The notes beneath the pieces are model-generated. The model did no database searches, was not told the DNA's origin, and saw only the letters and a list, made by a program, of their open reading frames with translations. Shown here piece after piece: positions 1-8,746 of a DNA stretch of 64,000 bases. A program made the position numbers and the translations under genes. The stretch's first letter is position 1. Each line of letters begins with the position of its first letter. Location: positions 2,183 through 66,182 of the forward strand of contig JBKQVS010000155.1 of the NCBI GenBank assembly GCA_052139855.1, in the 5' to 3' direction. The stretch comes from Desulfobaccales bacterium. Lineage in GTDB: Bacteria > Desulfobacterota > Desulfobaccia > Desulfobaccales > 0-14-0-80-60-11.

Positions 1-1
1 G

Positions 2-391
2 GAATATATCCAACTGGCCGGCAAGGCCTCCGAGGGCGACCGCATGCCCTCCACGAAACTGATGGCCGCCGCTCAGCTCCCTGATACCGATCCCCAAAAG
101 AAGGTGATTCAGAACTTTATCCATCTCTATAACGACCAGTACCATCTGGACAAGCAGTTCCCCATCAACACCCACTCGGGCTACGCCTGGGACGCCATCA
201 CCATTGTGGCCGATGCCCTGCGCAAAGCGGGCACCGATCCCAAGGCCCTGCGCACCGCCATCGAGAACACCAAGGGTTACGTGGGAGTGTCCGGGATCTA
301 TACCCTGAGCCCCGAGGACCACAATGGCCTGGGCCCCGACTCCATGGTCATCATCCAGGTCAAGGACGGCAAGTTCGAAATGGCTAAATAG
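2..391 (+). CDS. ABC-transporter periplasmic substrate-binding protein (branched-chain amino-acid LivK-like family), C-terminal part; 5' end outside the window
   Basis: The frame is open from nt 2 (EYIQLAGKASEGDR precedes the first Met at 44). The C-terminal sequence GYAWDAITIVADALRKAGTDPKALRTAIENTKGYVGVSGIYTLSPEDHNG is typical of type-I periplasmic binding proteins. Confidence 0.6.
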   Translation, partial: EYIQLAGKASEGDRMPSTKLMAAAQLPDTDPQKKVIQNFIHLYNDQYHLDKQFPINTHSGYAWDAITIVADALRKAGTDPKALRTAIENTKGYVGVSGIYTLSPEDHNGLGPDSMVIIQVKDGKFEMAK

Positions 392-567
392 CGCTATTTT
401 CCAGTTCCAGACTCATCTGCAGCGGGGTCCGTGCCAACGGGCCCCGCTGCCGTTCTCTCTGCCTTCCCGTCTCTCCCGTTCAGCCGCGACCCCTCCCCAG
501 ACCCAAAGAAGCACGCCGGCGGGGCGCCTCTGCCGCCTGGAAGAAACCGGCCATGGCCTTCCAGATG

Positions 568-3090
568 CTAATAGGTGAATTTCCGGTAAAAATACCGCTT
601 CAGCAGCTCCGCCGACAGGATATACAGGAGCAGAATGACGCTCAGCACCAGGTAAAACGACAAGGGTAGCACCTGGAATTCAAACACGCCCTTAAGCGGC
701 GAGGCCGGGAAGATCAGGGTGACCCCGATAATCGCCAGGGACATGATCAACAGGTACTTTCCGGGTGTGCTCTTTATGAACGGCCGCCGGGTTCGGATGA
801 CCAGGACGATCATCACCGCCGAGATCACCGATTCCTGGAACCAGCCGGTCCGGAACAATTCCGGGGTGGCCCGGAGGATATAAATCAGGGCCCCGAACGT
901 CAGGTAGTCAAATACCGAACTCAGGATGCCGAAAAACACCATAAATCGCCGAATGAACCCGATATCCCACCGGTGCGGCCGGTCCACCAACTCATGATCC
1001 ACACTGTCGGTGGCAATGGTCATTTCCGGAAAATCCGTCAGCAGGTTGGTAAGCAATATCTGGGTGGGCAGCAGCGGCAGGAAGGGCAGCAGCAGCGAAG
1101 CCCCGGCCATGCTGAACATATTCCCGAAATTGGCGCTGGTGGCCATGAAAACATACTTGAGGGTATTGGCGAAGGTCTTCCGGCCTTCCTGCACCCCCTG
1201 CTCCAGGACGTTTAAGTCATGCTCCAACAAAACGATGTCCGCGGCCTCCTTGGCCACGTCCACGGCGCTGTCCACCGAGATGCCCACGTCCGCGGCATGC
1301 AGCGCCGAGGCGTCGTTGATCCCGTCACCCATGTAACCCACCACGTTACCTGCCTTTTTCAGGGCCAGGATGATCAGCTCCTTCTGGTTGGGCTCCACTT
1401 CCGCAAAGATGTCCACTTCTTGGACCTTGGTGACGAGTGCTTCCGGGCTCATCTGGCGCATTTCCTGGCCGGTGAGGACAATGGTGTTGGTCAGACCCAC
1501 CTGGCGGGCGATGGTGCCCGCGATCAAGTGGTTGTCCCCGGTAATCACCTTCAGAGTGACCCCCAGGTCGGCCAGCCGGTTGATGGTCTCAAGGATTCCC
1601 GGTTTGGGAGGATCGTGGACGATCAGGAATCCCAGTAAGGTCATGGCGGTCTCATGGTCTTTGGTGATGTCCGTGACCGTCCCCATATCCCGATAGGCCA
1701 GGGCCAGAGTCCGCCGGCCTTGCTCGCTGGACGTCTTCACCAATTCCTGGACCTGGGCCTCGATCTCTTTCAGGTTGATGGTGGCCCCGTCCACGGTTTC
1801 CGCCGCGGTGCAGATGGACAGCACGTTGGGCACGGCCCCCTTGGTAATCATCACCCGGCGCCCCTCGTGGCCTACCAGAATACTCAAGCGTTTGCGGATA
1901 AAGTCATAGGGCACTTCATCCAGTTTCTCGTAGCCGCTGATGTCGCAGGCAGCCTGGTTGCGGATGGCCAGGTCAATGGGATTGGTAAAGCCGCTCTCGA
2001 ACATGGCGTTGAGGTAGGCGTATAAAGCCACTTTTTTGCTGTCAGCGCCCTCCACGCCCACCATGGCATGGAGGTGCACCGTGCCTTCGGTGATGGTGCC
2101 GGTCTTGTCGGAGCACAGCACGTTCATACTGCCAAAGTTTTCGATGGAGGCCAGCTTCCGGACAATGACCTTGGCCTCGGCCATGCGTTTGGCCCCGGTG
2201 GCCAGGTTGACGCTGATAATCGCCGGCAGGAGCTGGGGGGTCAGGCCCACGGCCAGGGCCATGGCGAACAGGAAGGAATCCAGGATCGGGCGCTTCAAGA
2301 GGATGTTTCCCATAAAAATGATGGTCACCATGACAAACGTCACTTCCATCAGGAGGAAGCCGAAGCGCCGCACCCCTCGTTCAAATTCGGTGATGGGCGG
2401 CCGCAGCACCAGCCGTTCGGAGACCTTGCCGAATTCGGTCCGGGTGCCGGTAGCCAGGACCAGGGCCCGGGCGCTGCCGCTGACCACGTGGGTGCCCATA
2501 AACAAGGTATTGGCCCTCTGGTTGAGAGGCGTGTCCGCCGGCAGCACCGTTACCGACTTTTCGGCAGGGAAAGTCTCGCCGGTCAGGGCCGCTTCATCCA
2601 TGAACAGCTCGTTGGATGTGAGCAGCAGGCAATCTCCCGGGATCACATCGCCCGCGGCCAGGATGACGATATCCCCGGGCACGATGTTCTCCACCGGGAC
2701 TTCCCCCTGCTTGCCGTCCCGACAGACCGTGGCCTTAATTTGCACCACCGCCAGGAGCTTCGACAGCGCATTGGCCGCGCCCCGCTCCTGCCAGAACCCC
2801 AGCAGACTGCTGATCACCACGATGAAGCAGATGATGATGGCATCCGGTTTGTCCGCCAGGAAATAGGAGAGGATGGCCGCCCCAAGCAAAATGATGATGA
2901 TGGGGCTCTTGAACTGGGCCAGCAGCAGGGTGAGGGAATCGGTCTTCCGTTTCGATTTAAGCAGATTGGGGCCATACCGGGCCAGGCGGTTGCGGGCCGC
3001 AGCCGTGGTCAAGCCAGCCGTGCTGGTCTTCAAGCGGCTCAGCAGTTCCGCCGCGGGCACACTCCAAAATTCTCCGGCGTCCGGTTCCAA
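568..3090 (-). CDS. mgtA: Magnesium-translocating P-type ATPase
   Basis: 840 aa with TTG start and an AGAGGA Shine-Dalgarno 8 nt upstream. P-type motifs are present: TGE(T) actuator (LTGETFP), phosphorylation site CSDKTGTITEG, TGDN, and GDGINDASAL. The N-terminus (FWS...GLT..AA..RL..YGPN) and overall layout resemble MgtA. Confidence 0.85.
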   Translation of the reverse strand: MEPDAGEFWSVPAAELLSRLKTSTAGLTTAAARNRLARYGPNLLKSKRKTDSLTLLLAQFKSPIIIILLGAAILSYFLADKPDAIIICFIVVISSLLGFWQERGAANALSKLLAVVQIKATVCRDGKQGEVPVENIVPGDIVILAAGDVIPGDCLLLTSNELFMDEAALTGETFPAEKSVTVLPADTPLNQRANTLFMGTHVVSGSARALVLATGTRTEFGKVSERLVLRPPITEFERGVRRFGFLLMEVTFVMVTIIFMGNILLKRPILDSFLFAMALAVGLTPQLLPAIISVNLATGAKRMAEAKVIVRKLASIENFGSMNVLCSDKTGTITEGTVHLHAMVGVEGADSKKVALYAYLNAMFESGFTNPIDLAIRNQAACDISGYEKLDEVPYDFIRKRLSILVGHEGRRVMITKGAVPNVLSICTAAETVDGATINLKEIEAQVQELVKTSSEQGRRTLALAYRDMGTVTDITKDHETAMTLLGFLIVHDPPKPGILETINRLADLGVTLKVITGDNHLIAGTIARQVGLTNTIVLTGQEMRQMSPEALVTKVQEVDIFAEVEPNQKELIILALKKAGNVVGYMGDGINDASALHAADVGISVDSAVDVAKEAADIVLLEHDLNVLEQGVQEGRKTFANTLKYVFMATSANFGNMFSMAGASLLLPFLPLLPTQILLTNLLTDFPEMTIATDSVDHELVDRPHRWDIGFIRRFMVFFGILSSVFDYLTFGALIYILRATPELFRTGWFQESVISAVMIVLVIRTRRPFIKSTPGKYLLIMSLAIIGVTLIFPASPLKGVFEFQVLPLSFYLVLSVILLLYILSAELLKRYFYRKFTY

Positions 3091-3533
3091 GGGATTTTCC
3101 TCTTTAGCAGTGATCGTCGGCCCCTCGAGGCTTGGCCGGGGGCCATCCTGAAGATATCAGGAGGTGGAAATCAATGGGCCTGGTGGGATGGGCACCCAGG
3201 AGACCCCGACCCGTTGATAATAGTGCGTCAATTGCCGCCATGAGCTTTAATGATCTCCCCCCATAAAATCGTTGCCGGAAGGAGAGTTGGGGCTTGCGTC
3301 CGAATTGATAAATATTATCTTAAATCCAGCCAATTGAATATAATCTCATTGTGGTTTAATTGTTTTCTAGCGGCGCCTCATCTGACGGGGGGTAATGTGA
3401 AGATATATTAATAAATATCACCAGTTATGCCGATAATTTCAGGCATCCCTCGGGCGGCCGCGGGCCCGCGACCCCACGGATGAAGACTCAGGTTCCTCTT
3501 TCCACGGTTATTTACCGTATGGTCCTACCCCAA

Positions 3534-3565
3534 CCTTGAACTTTGAACCTTGAACTTCTCGAACC
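3534..3565 (+). repeat. Heptad direct repeats CYTTGAA x3 plus a degenerate fourth copy (TTGAAC at 3536, 3543, 3550; TCGAAC at 3559) in the 5' leader of the A2M gene
   Basis: Read directly: CCTTGAA CTTTGAA CCTTGAA CTTCTCGAA CC. The repeats end 16 nt before the ATG at 3581, and a GGAAGGG Shine-Dalgarno follows them. Confidence 0.6.
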
Positions 3566-3580
3566 AGGAAGGGTCACACC

Positions 3581-6500
3581 ATGGGTCTATCAAGCAAGAT
3601 GTTCCCCCATTCGTCTCGGGGCGCTGGCGCTTGCGCCCGCCAACTGGCTTCTTTATTGATCCTGGCGCTGGCCCTGGTTTGGTGGATGGCCCCAAATCTG
3701 GCCGCGGCCCAGGAAACTCCCAAATCCGCCGCCGGGTTCGACTCCAAGAAACACGTTACCATCGTCAAGATCGAACCCGACCCCGGGGCCGAGGAGGTCA
3801 GGATCTTTTTTAGCCAGCCCTTCTTGCTTGAAAGCCTCCAGGGCAATCTGCGCCTGCTGCCCCGCATCAAGATCGATTGGAACCGCACCACCATCGACCC
3901 CAAAGGAGTCCTGACCCTGCGGGGGGCTTTCCGGTACGGCACCGGCTATCTCATCAACCTGCCCGAAACGCTCCGGCTGGGAAAAAAGACCTACTTCAAA
4001 ACGGTCAACTCCTTTTTCATGGGCGACCGGCCCCCCAAGGTGGACTTTGTCGGGCCCCAAAGCGTCATCGAGCGCGACAGCCGGCAGTTGCTCCACGTCC
4101 GGGCCCAGAACGTCAACAACCTGAAGTTTGAAGGCATCCGGGTGCCGCCGCTCCTGCTGCCCCTGGCCCTGGCGGTGGAAAAATCCCCGGCCGACTGGGA
4201 CCGTGTCCTCGAAGAGCTCAACACCGCCTCCGCCGGCCTCAAACCCTTGGTCGCCTCCCATAAGGACCTGGCCGACTTTGTCACCCCGTCCCTCTCCGAG
4301 AAGCAACTCTTTCCCGCCGCCGGCGAAAAGAACAAGCCTTGGGCGGTCACCCTGCCGCTAAGCTTTCGCCAGGGCAAGGAGGCCGGCGCCCTGGAACTCA
4401 TCCGGGTGCAGAACAACGAGGCCGGCAGCAGTGCCGCCACCCCGCCCCGGGTCTTTGAAATCACCAACCTGGGCCTGACCTATAAGCGCAGCCCACAGAA
4501 TCTCCTCCTCTGGGTCACCTCGCTTAAGGCGGGGACTCCCATGGCCGGAGCCCGTGTCATCGGTTTCACCCGGGATATGGAGGTCTTTCCCCTGGGGCAG
4601 ACCAACGCCGACGGGGTGTTGCTCTACACCTCCCATGAACTGGCCGGCCTGTCCCTCAAAAACCCCAAAAACCTGCAGCCGGTGAAGCGGCTGGTGAACC
4701 AGGACGACCTGGTGCTGCTGGTGGCCGGAACCAGCGACGACGTGGCCTTCATCCAGGTAACCCCCCAGGGCAACCTCAAGCCCCAGGGCATCTGGCAGAT
4801 AACCTCCGGCGCTAAAATTCGCAACCTCAGGGGCAACGTCTTCACCGAGCGCGGCGTCTACCGGCCCGGCGAAAAAGTCTTTTTCAAAGGCGCGGTCCGG
4901 GAATATAGCCAGGGTCGCATCTTCCCCTTCAAGGATGAAGTCTGTTTTTTTGAGCTCATCAGCCCCAAGGGCGAGCAGGTCTTTACCTCCGAGGACCGGA
5001 CTTCGGATTTCGGCACCGCCGCCGGGGAAATGGTCACCCAGAGTTACTGGCCCCTGGGGACCTACACCCTGAACATGACCTATGGCCCGGAAACTCCCGC
5101 TGAAGCCGCCTCCGGTAAAGGCCGCCGGGGCCGCCGGGAAGGGGAGCCCTCCGCCGAGGAGGCCGGCCCCAAAAACCAGGTAAGCGTCACCTTTCAGATC
5201 CAGGAGTTCAAGCCCCCCCGGCACTTCGTATCCATCGACTTTAAGCAGATCGTCAAACCCCTGCAGGGTTATGTCAATCGCGGCGAACAGCAATCTCCTT
5301 TTGTCAAGATCATGCTCACCGGCTCGTACTACGCCGGGGGTCAGGTCAAGCACGGCCAGGTGCGCTGGAAGATTTTTCAAGCCAAAACCAGTTACCAGGT
5401 CCCGGGATATGACAACTTCACCTTTGGTTATGGCAGTGAAGATCAGGGATCGTTGATCGAGAGCGGCCAGGCCATTTTGGACGAGAAGGGGAGGGCGGAA
5501 CTGGAGTTTCCCCTGGACCGTCAGATCATGAGCGGGGAGCACGGCCTCTCCGTGGTGGCCACCGTGGTGGACTTTGACGGCCGGGCCGCCTCCGAAACCA
5601 AGGCTTTTCAAGTGACCCCGGAGGTCCTGGTGGGCATCAGCGGCCACCCCGACGAGATCCGGTCCGATGAGGAGCAGGTCCTCACGGTTATGGTGGCCAA
5701 GCCCGATGGCAAGCGCATCCACCGGGGCGCCCTCCAGGCCGAGATCCTGCAAAAAAGCTGGGCCTACGTCGCCAAGCGCAACGAGCAGGGCGACCTCTAT
5801 TGGGATGAGCAGGAAATCTGGCGCAAGACCGTCACCAGCGACCTCACCCTGGCGAAGGGCACAGCCTCCTTCCGGTTCGGCTTCGCCTGGGGCGGCCGCT
5901 ATCTCCTGGCCTTTACCTATAAAGACGACGCCGGCCATAGTTTCACCTCGGCCACGCCCTTTGAGGTGACCGGCGAAAGTTATGCCTATGAGAACCGGGA
6001 CCTGCCTTACCTGCCCCTGGCCCTGTCCGCCGACCAGCCCGCCTATAAGCCCGGCGAGACCGCCAGGCTCACGGCCCGGCCCCGGAGCCCGGTGTCCCGC
6101 TACCTGGTCACCCTCGAGCAGGAAGGCGTGCTCAAGTACCAGGTGATCACCCCGAAATCTGAGGCCGATAGCCTGCCAATTCCCATTCAGGCCGAATATG
6201 CCCCCAATGTCTATGTCTCGGTCCTGGGCCTGACGCCTCGGGGCGAATTCCCGGTGTACGCCGGCCACTACGACAGCCAGGCTCCCGGCTTCTACTGGGC
6301 CACCCTCAACCTGCCGGTCCGCCACGAAATCGAGGCTCTCCAGGTCAAGATCAGCCCCGCGGTCAAGGACCTCAGGGCTGAGCCCGGGGACAAAATAACC
6401 CTGGATTTCACCGTCCAGGGCCCCAAGGGCGCCCCGGTGGAAGCGGAGATGGCCGTGGCCGTGGTGGATGAAGCCGTTCTGGCCCTTACCGGGTTTAAAA

Positions 6501-8746
6501 CCCCCACTTTGGAAAACCTCACCAAGTTTGACCGTCCCCTGGAGGTCTTCACCGGGGAACTCCGTTCGTTACTGGTCCACCAGACGCCCTTCTATCTCTC
6601 CAAAAACGAGCCCTTGACCGGCGGCGGCGGTATGAGCGAAGAAGTCATGTCCAAGCTCAGGCGCCGCTTCGAAGCGGTGGCCTATTTCAATGCCCGGGTG
6701 CGCACCGACGCCCAGGGACGCGCCCAGGTGGCCTTTACCCTGCCAGACAATATGACCACCTACCGGGTTTACGCCGTGGTCTTGGACCGGGGCAGCCGCT
6801 TTGCCAGCGTCCAGCGCCCCCTCCTGGCCACCAAGGACTTTTATCTGGAGCCCGGTCTGCCCGGGTTCTTCACCAAGGGGGACCAATTTAAGTTCCGGGT
6901 GGCCGCCTTCAACGCCAGCGGCGAGAAGGGGCCGGTGCAATTCAGCGCCGTGGGCGATGGCGGGCTCTTTCTCACCGCCGTGGCACCCAAGGAGCAGCTC
7001 AATCCCAAAGACAGCTTAAAGCTCGAAGTCACCGGCCAGGCCGCCGCCAGCGGGCCGGCCGGCGCCCGTTTTGCCGGCAAATTCCAGGGGCGCACCGACG
7101 CGGTGGAACTCAAGCTGCCAATCAACTCCGGCCACGTCCGGGACACCCAGGTGTGGTTCGGTTCCCTGGCCGGGACCTCCGAGATCAAGGTCCCGCTCCC
7201 CGCCTACCTGACCGGCAAAGCCGCCGGGCAGATTAACCCCGAAGAGGTCAAGGCCGTCCTCACCGTGGCCGGGTCGCCTTTTTTGCGGATGACCGAGGCG
7301 ATTAACTATCTCCTCACTTACCCGTACGGTTGCGTCGAACAAACCAGTTCCGGGGTCCTGGCCCTGGCGGCCCTCCGCGGCGCCGTTCAGAAAGGCCTCG
7401 TGTTCGGGGTGACTCTGCCTGAAACCGACAAATATCTGAACCGCGGGGTGCAGCGTATCCTGGGCCTCCAGACCGACACCGGCGGCTTTGCCTACTGGCC
7501 GGGGCAGCGGCAACCCCACCTCTGGGGCTCGATTTACGCCGTCGCGGCCTTGAGCCAGGCCCGCGCCAACGGGGTCGCGGTGCCGGAAGATGCCTTGAGC
7601 CAGGCTTCTGCGTACTTGAAAACTCAAATGCAGGAGGAGAAACGCTCCCCCGCCTTCAAGGCCTTCGCCGCCTACGTCCTGGCCCTCAACCAGGCCCTGG
7701 ACCGCGACACCTTCAATACCGTGAACGCTCAGTTCGTGCGGATGTACCGGGAGAGCAAAATTCTGCTGCTGTTGGCGGCCAGGCAAGCCAACCTGCGCCC
7801 CCTGGACGAACTCCAGGCCGATCTGAAACCCCTGTTGGGCGGCAAGGCCGAGGCGGCTGAAGACGATCCCGAGGATTTCTCCAGCCGGTTCCGCAGCCCG
7901 GCCCTGGCCCTCCTGGCGGCCCAGGCCATCCTGCCCAAAGACCCCCTCACCCGGGAAGAGGCGCTCCTCCTCCTGGGGGGCCTGGACAGCCAGGGCATCT
8001 GGACCTCCACCAGCGATACCGGCTGGGCCTTGCTGGCCCTGGGCAGTTACTTCAAGGATGCGGCCTTTGGGTCCGCGCCGGTGGAGATCGCCATCAGCCA
8101 GCCCGGCGTTCCCGGCCCCCAGCGCCTCAAACTGGACCCGAACGGCTTCCGCACCGTGGGGCTTAACCCCGGGGCCCTGCTCAAGAACCCGGTAGTCAAG
8201 GTTGAGGGCCAGGCCGGCAAAACCTGGCTCTACAAGCTGGAGTTGACCGCCCCGCGGCTCGATATCGCCGCCGCCGGGGCCGCCAACGGCTTCAAGGTCC
8301 GCCGCGTCATCAAAAATACTGATGGCTCAGACGTTGTCACGGTGGGTGACCTGGTGAAAGTCACGATCTTTATCGAAGTCGCCGGCCGCGGGCAGCGCTA
8401 CGTAGTGCTGGATGACCCCCTGCCCGCCGGCCTGATGGCCCTCAACACCGCCTTCAAGACCGAGGAACCGATCTCCGAAGGCGACGAGTCCGAGCGCTAC
8501 GACGATTTCGATTATGTCACTTCGGATGGCACCATCCGGTTCCGTCCCAATTATTTCGAGATCAGGACCGACCGGGTCTTGGCCTTCCGGGACCAGGTTT
8601 ACTCCGGCTCCCAGCGGTTCGAGTATTACTGCCGGGCCGTGTGCGAGGGCAAGTTTATGGTCCCCGCCACCCGGGTGGCGGCCATGTACTCGCCGGGAGT
8701 TAACGGCTACTCCCCCCAGGGAGAACTTACCGTCAAGGGACGCTGA
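3581..8746 (+). CDS. yfhM: Bacterial alpha-2-macroglobulin family protein (thioester-containing, YfhM/ECAM type)
   Basis: 1721 aa with an N-terminal signal peptide. Thioester motif GCVEQ lies in YPYGCVEQTSSG. The large multi-domain size fits, and the stop overlaps the start of a pbpC-like gene by 1 nt, which is the classic yfhM-pbpC pairing. Confidence 0.9.
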   Translation: MGLSSKMFPHSSRGAGACARQLASLLILALALVWWMAPNLAAAQETPKSAAGFDSKKHVTIVKIEPDPGAEEVRIFFSQPFLLESLQGNLRLLPRIKIDWNRTTIDPKGVLTLRGAFRYGTGYLINLPETLRLGKKTYFKTVNSFFMGDRPPKVDFVGPQSVIERDSRQLLHVRAQNVNNLKFEGIRVPPLLLPLALAVEKSPADWDRVLEELNTASAGLKPLVASHKDLADFVTPSLSEKQLFPAAGEKNKPWAVTLPLSFRQGKEAGALELIRVQNNEAGSSAATPPRVFEITNLGLTYKRSPQNLLLWVTSLKAGTPMAGARVIGFTRDMEVFPLGQTNADGVLLYTSHELAGLSLKNPKNLQPVKRLVNQDDLVLLVAGTSDDVAFIQVTPQGNLKPQGIWQITSGAKIRNLRGNVFTERGVYRPGEKVFFKGAVREYSQGRIFPFKDEVCFFELISPKGEQVFTSEDRTSDFGTAAGEMVTQSYWPLGTYTLNMTYGPETPAEAASGKGRRGRREGEPSAEEAGPKNQVSVTFQIQEFKPPRHFVSIDFKQIVKPLQGYVNRGEQQSPFVKIMLTGSYYAGGQVKHGQVRWKIFQAKTSYQVPGYDNFTFGYGSEDQGSLIESGQAILDEKGRAELEFPLDRQIMSGEHGLSVVATVVDFDGRAASETKAFQVTPEVLVGISGHPDEIRSDEEQVLTVMVAKPDGKRIHRGALQAEILQKSWAYVAKRNEQGDLYWDEQEIWRKTVTSDLTLAKGTASFRFGFAWGGRYLLAFTYKDDAGHSFTSATPFEVTGESYAYENRDLPYLPLALSADQPAYKPGETARLTARPRSPVSRYLVTLEQEGVLKYQVITPKSEADSLPIPIQAEYAPNVYVSVLGLTPRGEFPVYAGHYDSQAPGFYWATLNLPVRHEIEALQVKISPAVKDLRAEPGDKITLDFTVQGPKGAPVEAEMAVAVVDEAVLALTGFKTPTLENLTKFDRPLEVFTGELRSLLVHQTPFYLSKNEPLTGGGGMSEEVMSKLRRRFEAVAYFNARVRTDAQGRAQVAFTLPDNMTTYRVYAVVLDRGSRFASVQRPLLATKDFYLEPGLPGFFTKGDQFKFRVAAFNASGEKGPVQFSAVGDGGLFLTAVAPKEQLNPKDSLKLEVTGQAAASGPAGARFAGKFQGRTDAVELKLPINSGHVRDTQVWFGSLAGTSEIKVPLPAYLTGKAAGQINPEEVKAVLTVAGSPFLRMTEAINYLLTYPYGCVEQTSSGVLALAALRGAVQKGLVFGVTLPETDKYLNRGVQRILGLQTDTGGFAYWPGQRQPHLWGSIYAVAALSQARANGVAVPEDALSQASAYLKTQMQEEKRSPAFKAFAAYVLALNQALDRDTFNTVNAQFVRMYRESKILLLLAARQANLRPLDELQADLKPLLGGKAEAAEDDPEDFSSRFRSPALALLAAQAILPKDPLTREEALLLLGGLDSQGIWTSTSDTGWALLALGSYFKDAAFGSAPVEIAISQPGVPGPQRLKLDPNGFRTVGLNPGALLKNPVVKVEGQAGKTWLYKLELTAPRLDIAAAGAANGFKVRRVIKNTDGSDVVTVGDLVKVTIFIEVAGRGQRYVVLDDPLPAGLMALNTAFKTEEPISEGDESERYDDFDYVTSDGTIRFRPNYFEIRTDRVLAFRDQVYSGSQRFEYYCRAVCEGKFMVPATRVAAMYSPGVNGYSPQGELTVKGR
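7331..7342 (+). other. CVEQ thioester-forming site of the alpha-2-macroglobulin
   Basis: In-frame codons TGC GTC GAA CAA (CxEQ). Confidence 0.85.

Noticed and set aside
2068-3243. Long ORFs antisense to, or out of frame with, recognised genes. Examples: 2068..3243 +, 4358..6325 -, 14360..15499 -, 33108..34250 -, 35280..36308 -, 38366..39628 -, 45137..46570 +, 48380..49669 +, 55691..57133 -, 58850..59875 -.
   Set aside because: They are typical GC-rich shadow ORFs. Their composition is Gly/Ala/Arg/Pro/His-dominated and low-complexity, with no motifs. Each is fully overlapped by an opposite- or other-frame gene with strong conserved catalytic motifs.
3091-3400. Mg2+ (M-box) riboswitch or leader upstream of mgtA.
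   Set aside because: The minus-strand leader has some hairpins (for example GGCCCC...GGGGCC), but I could not find the conserved M-box core sequences. It cannot be supported without an Rfam scan.
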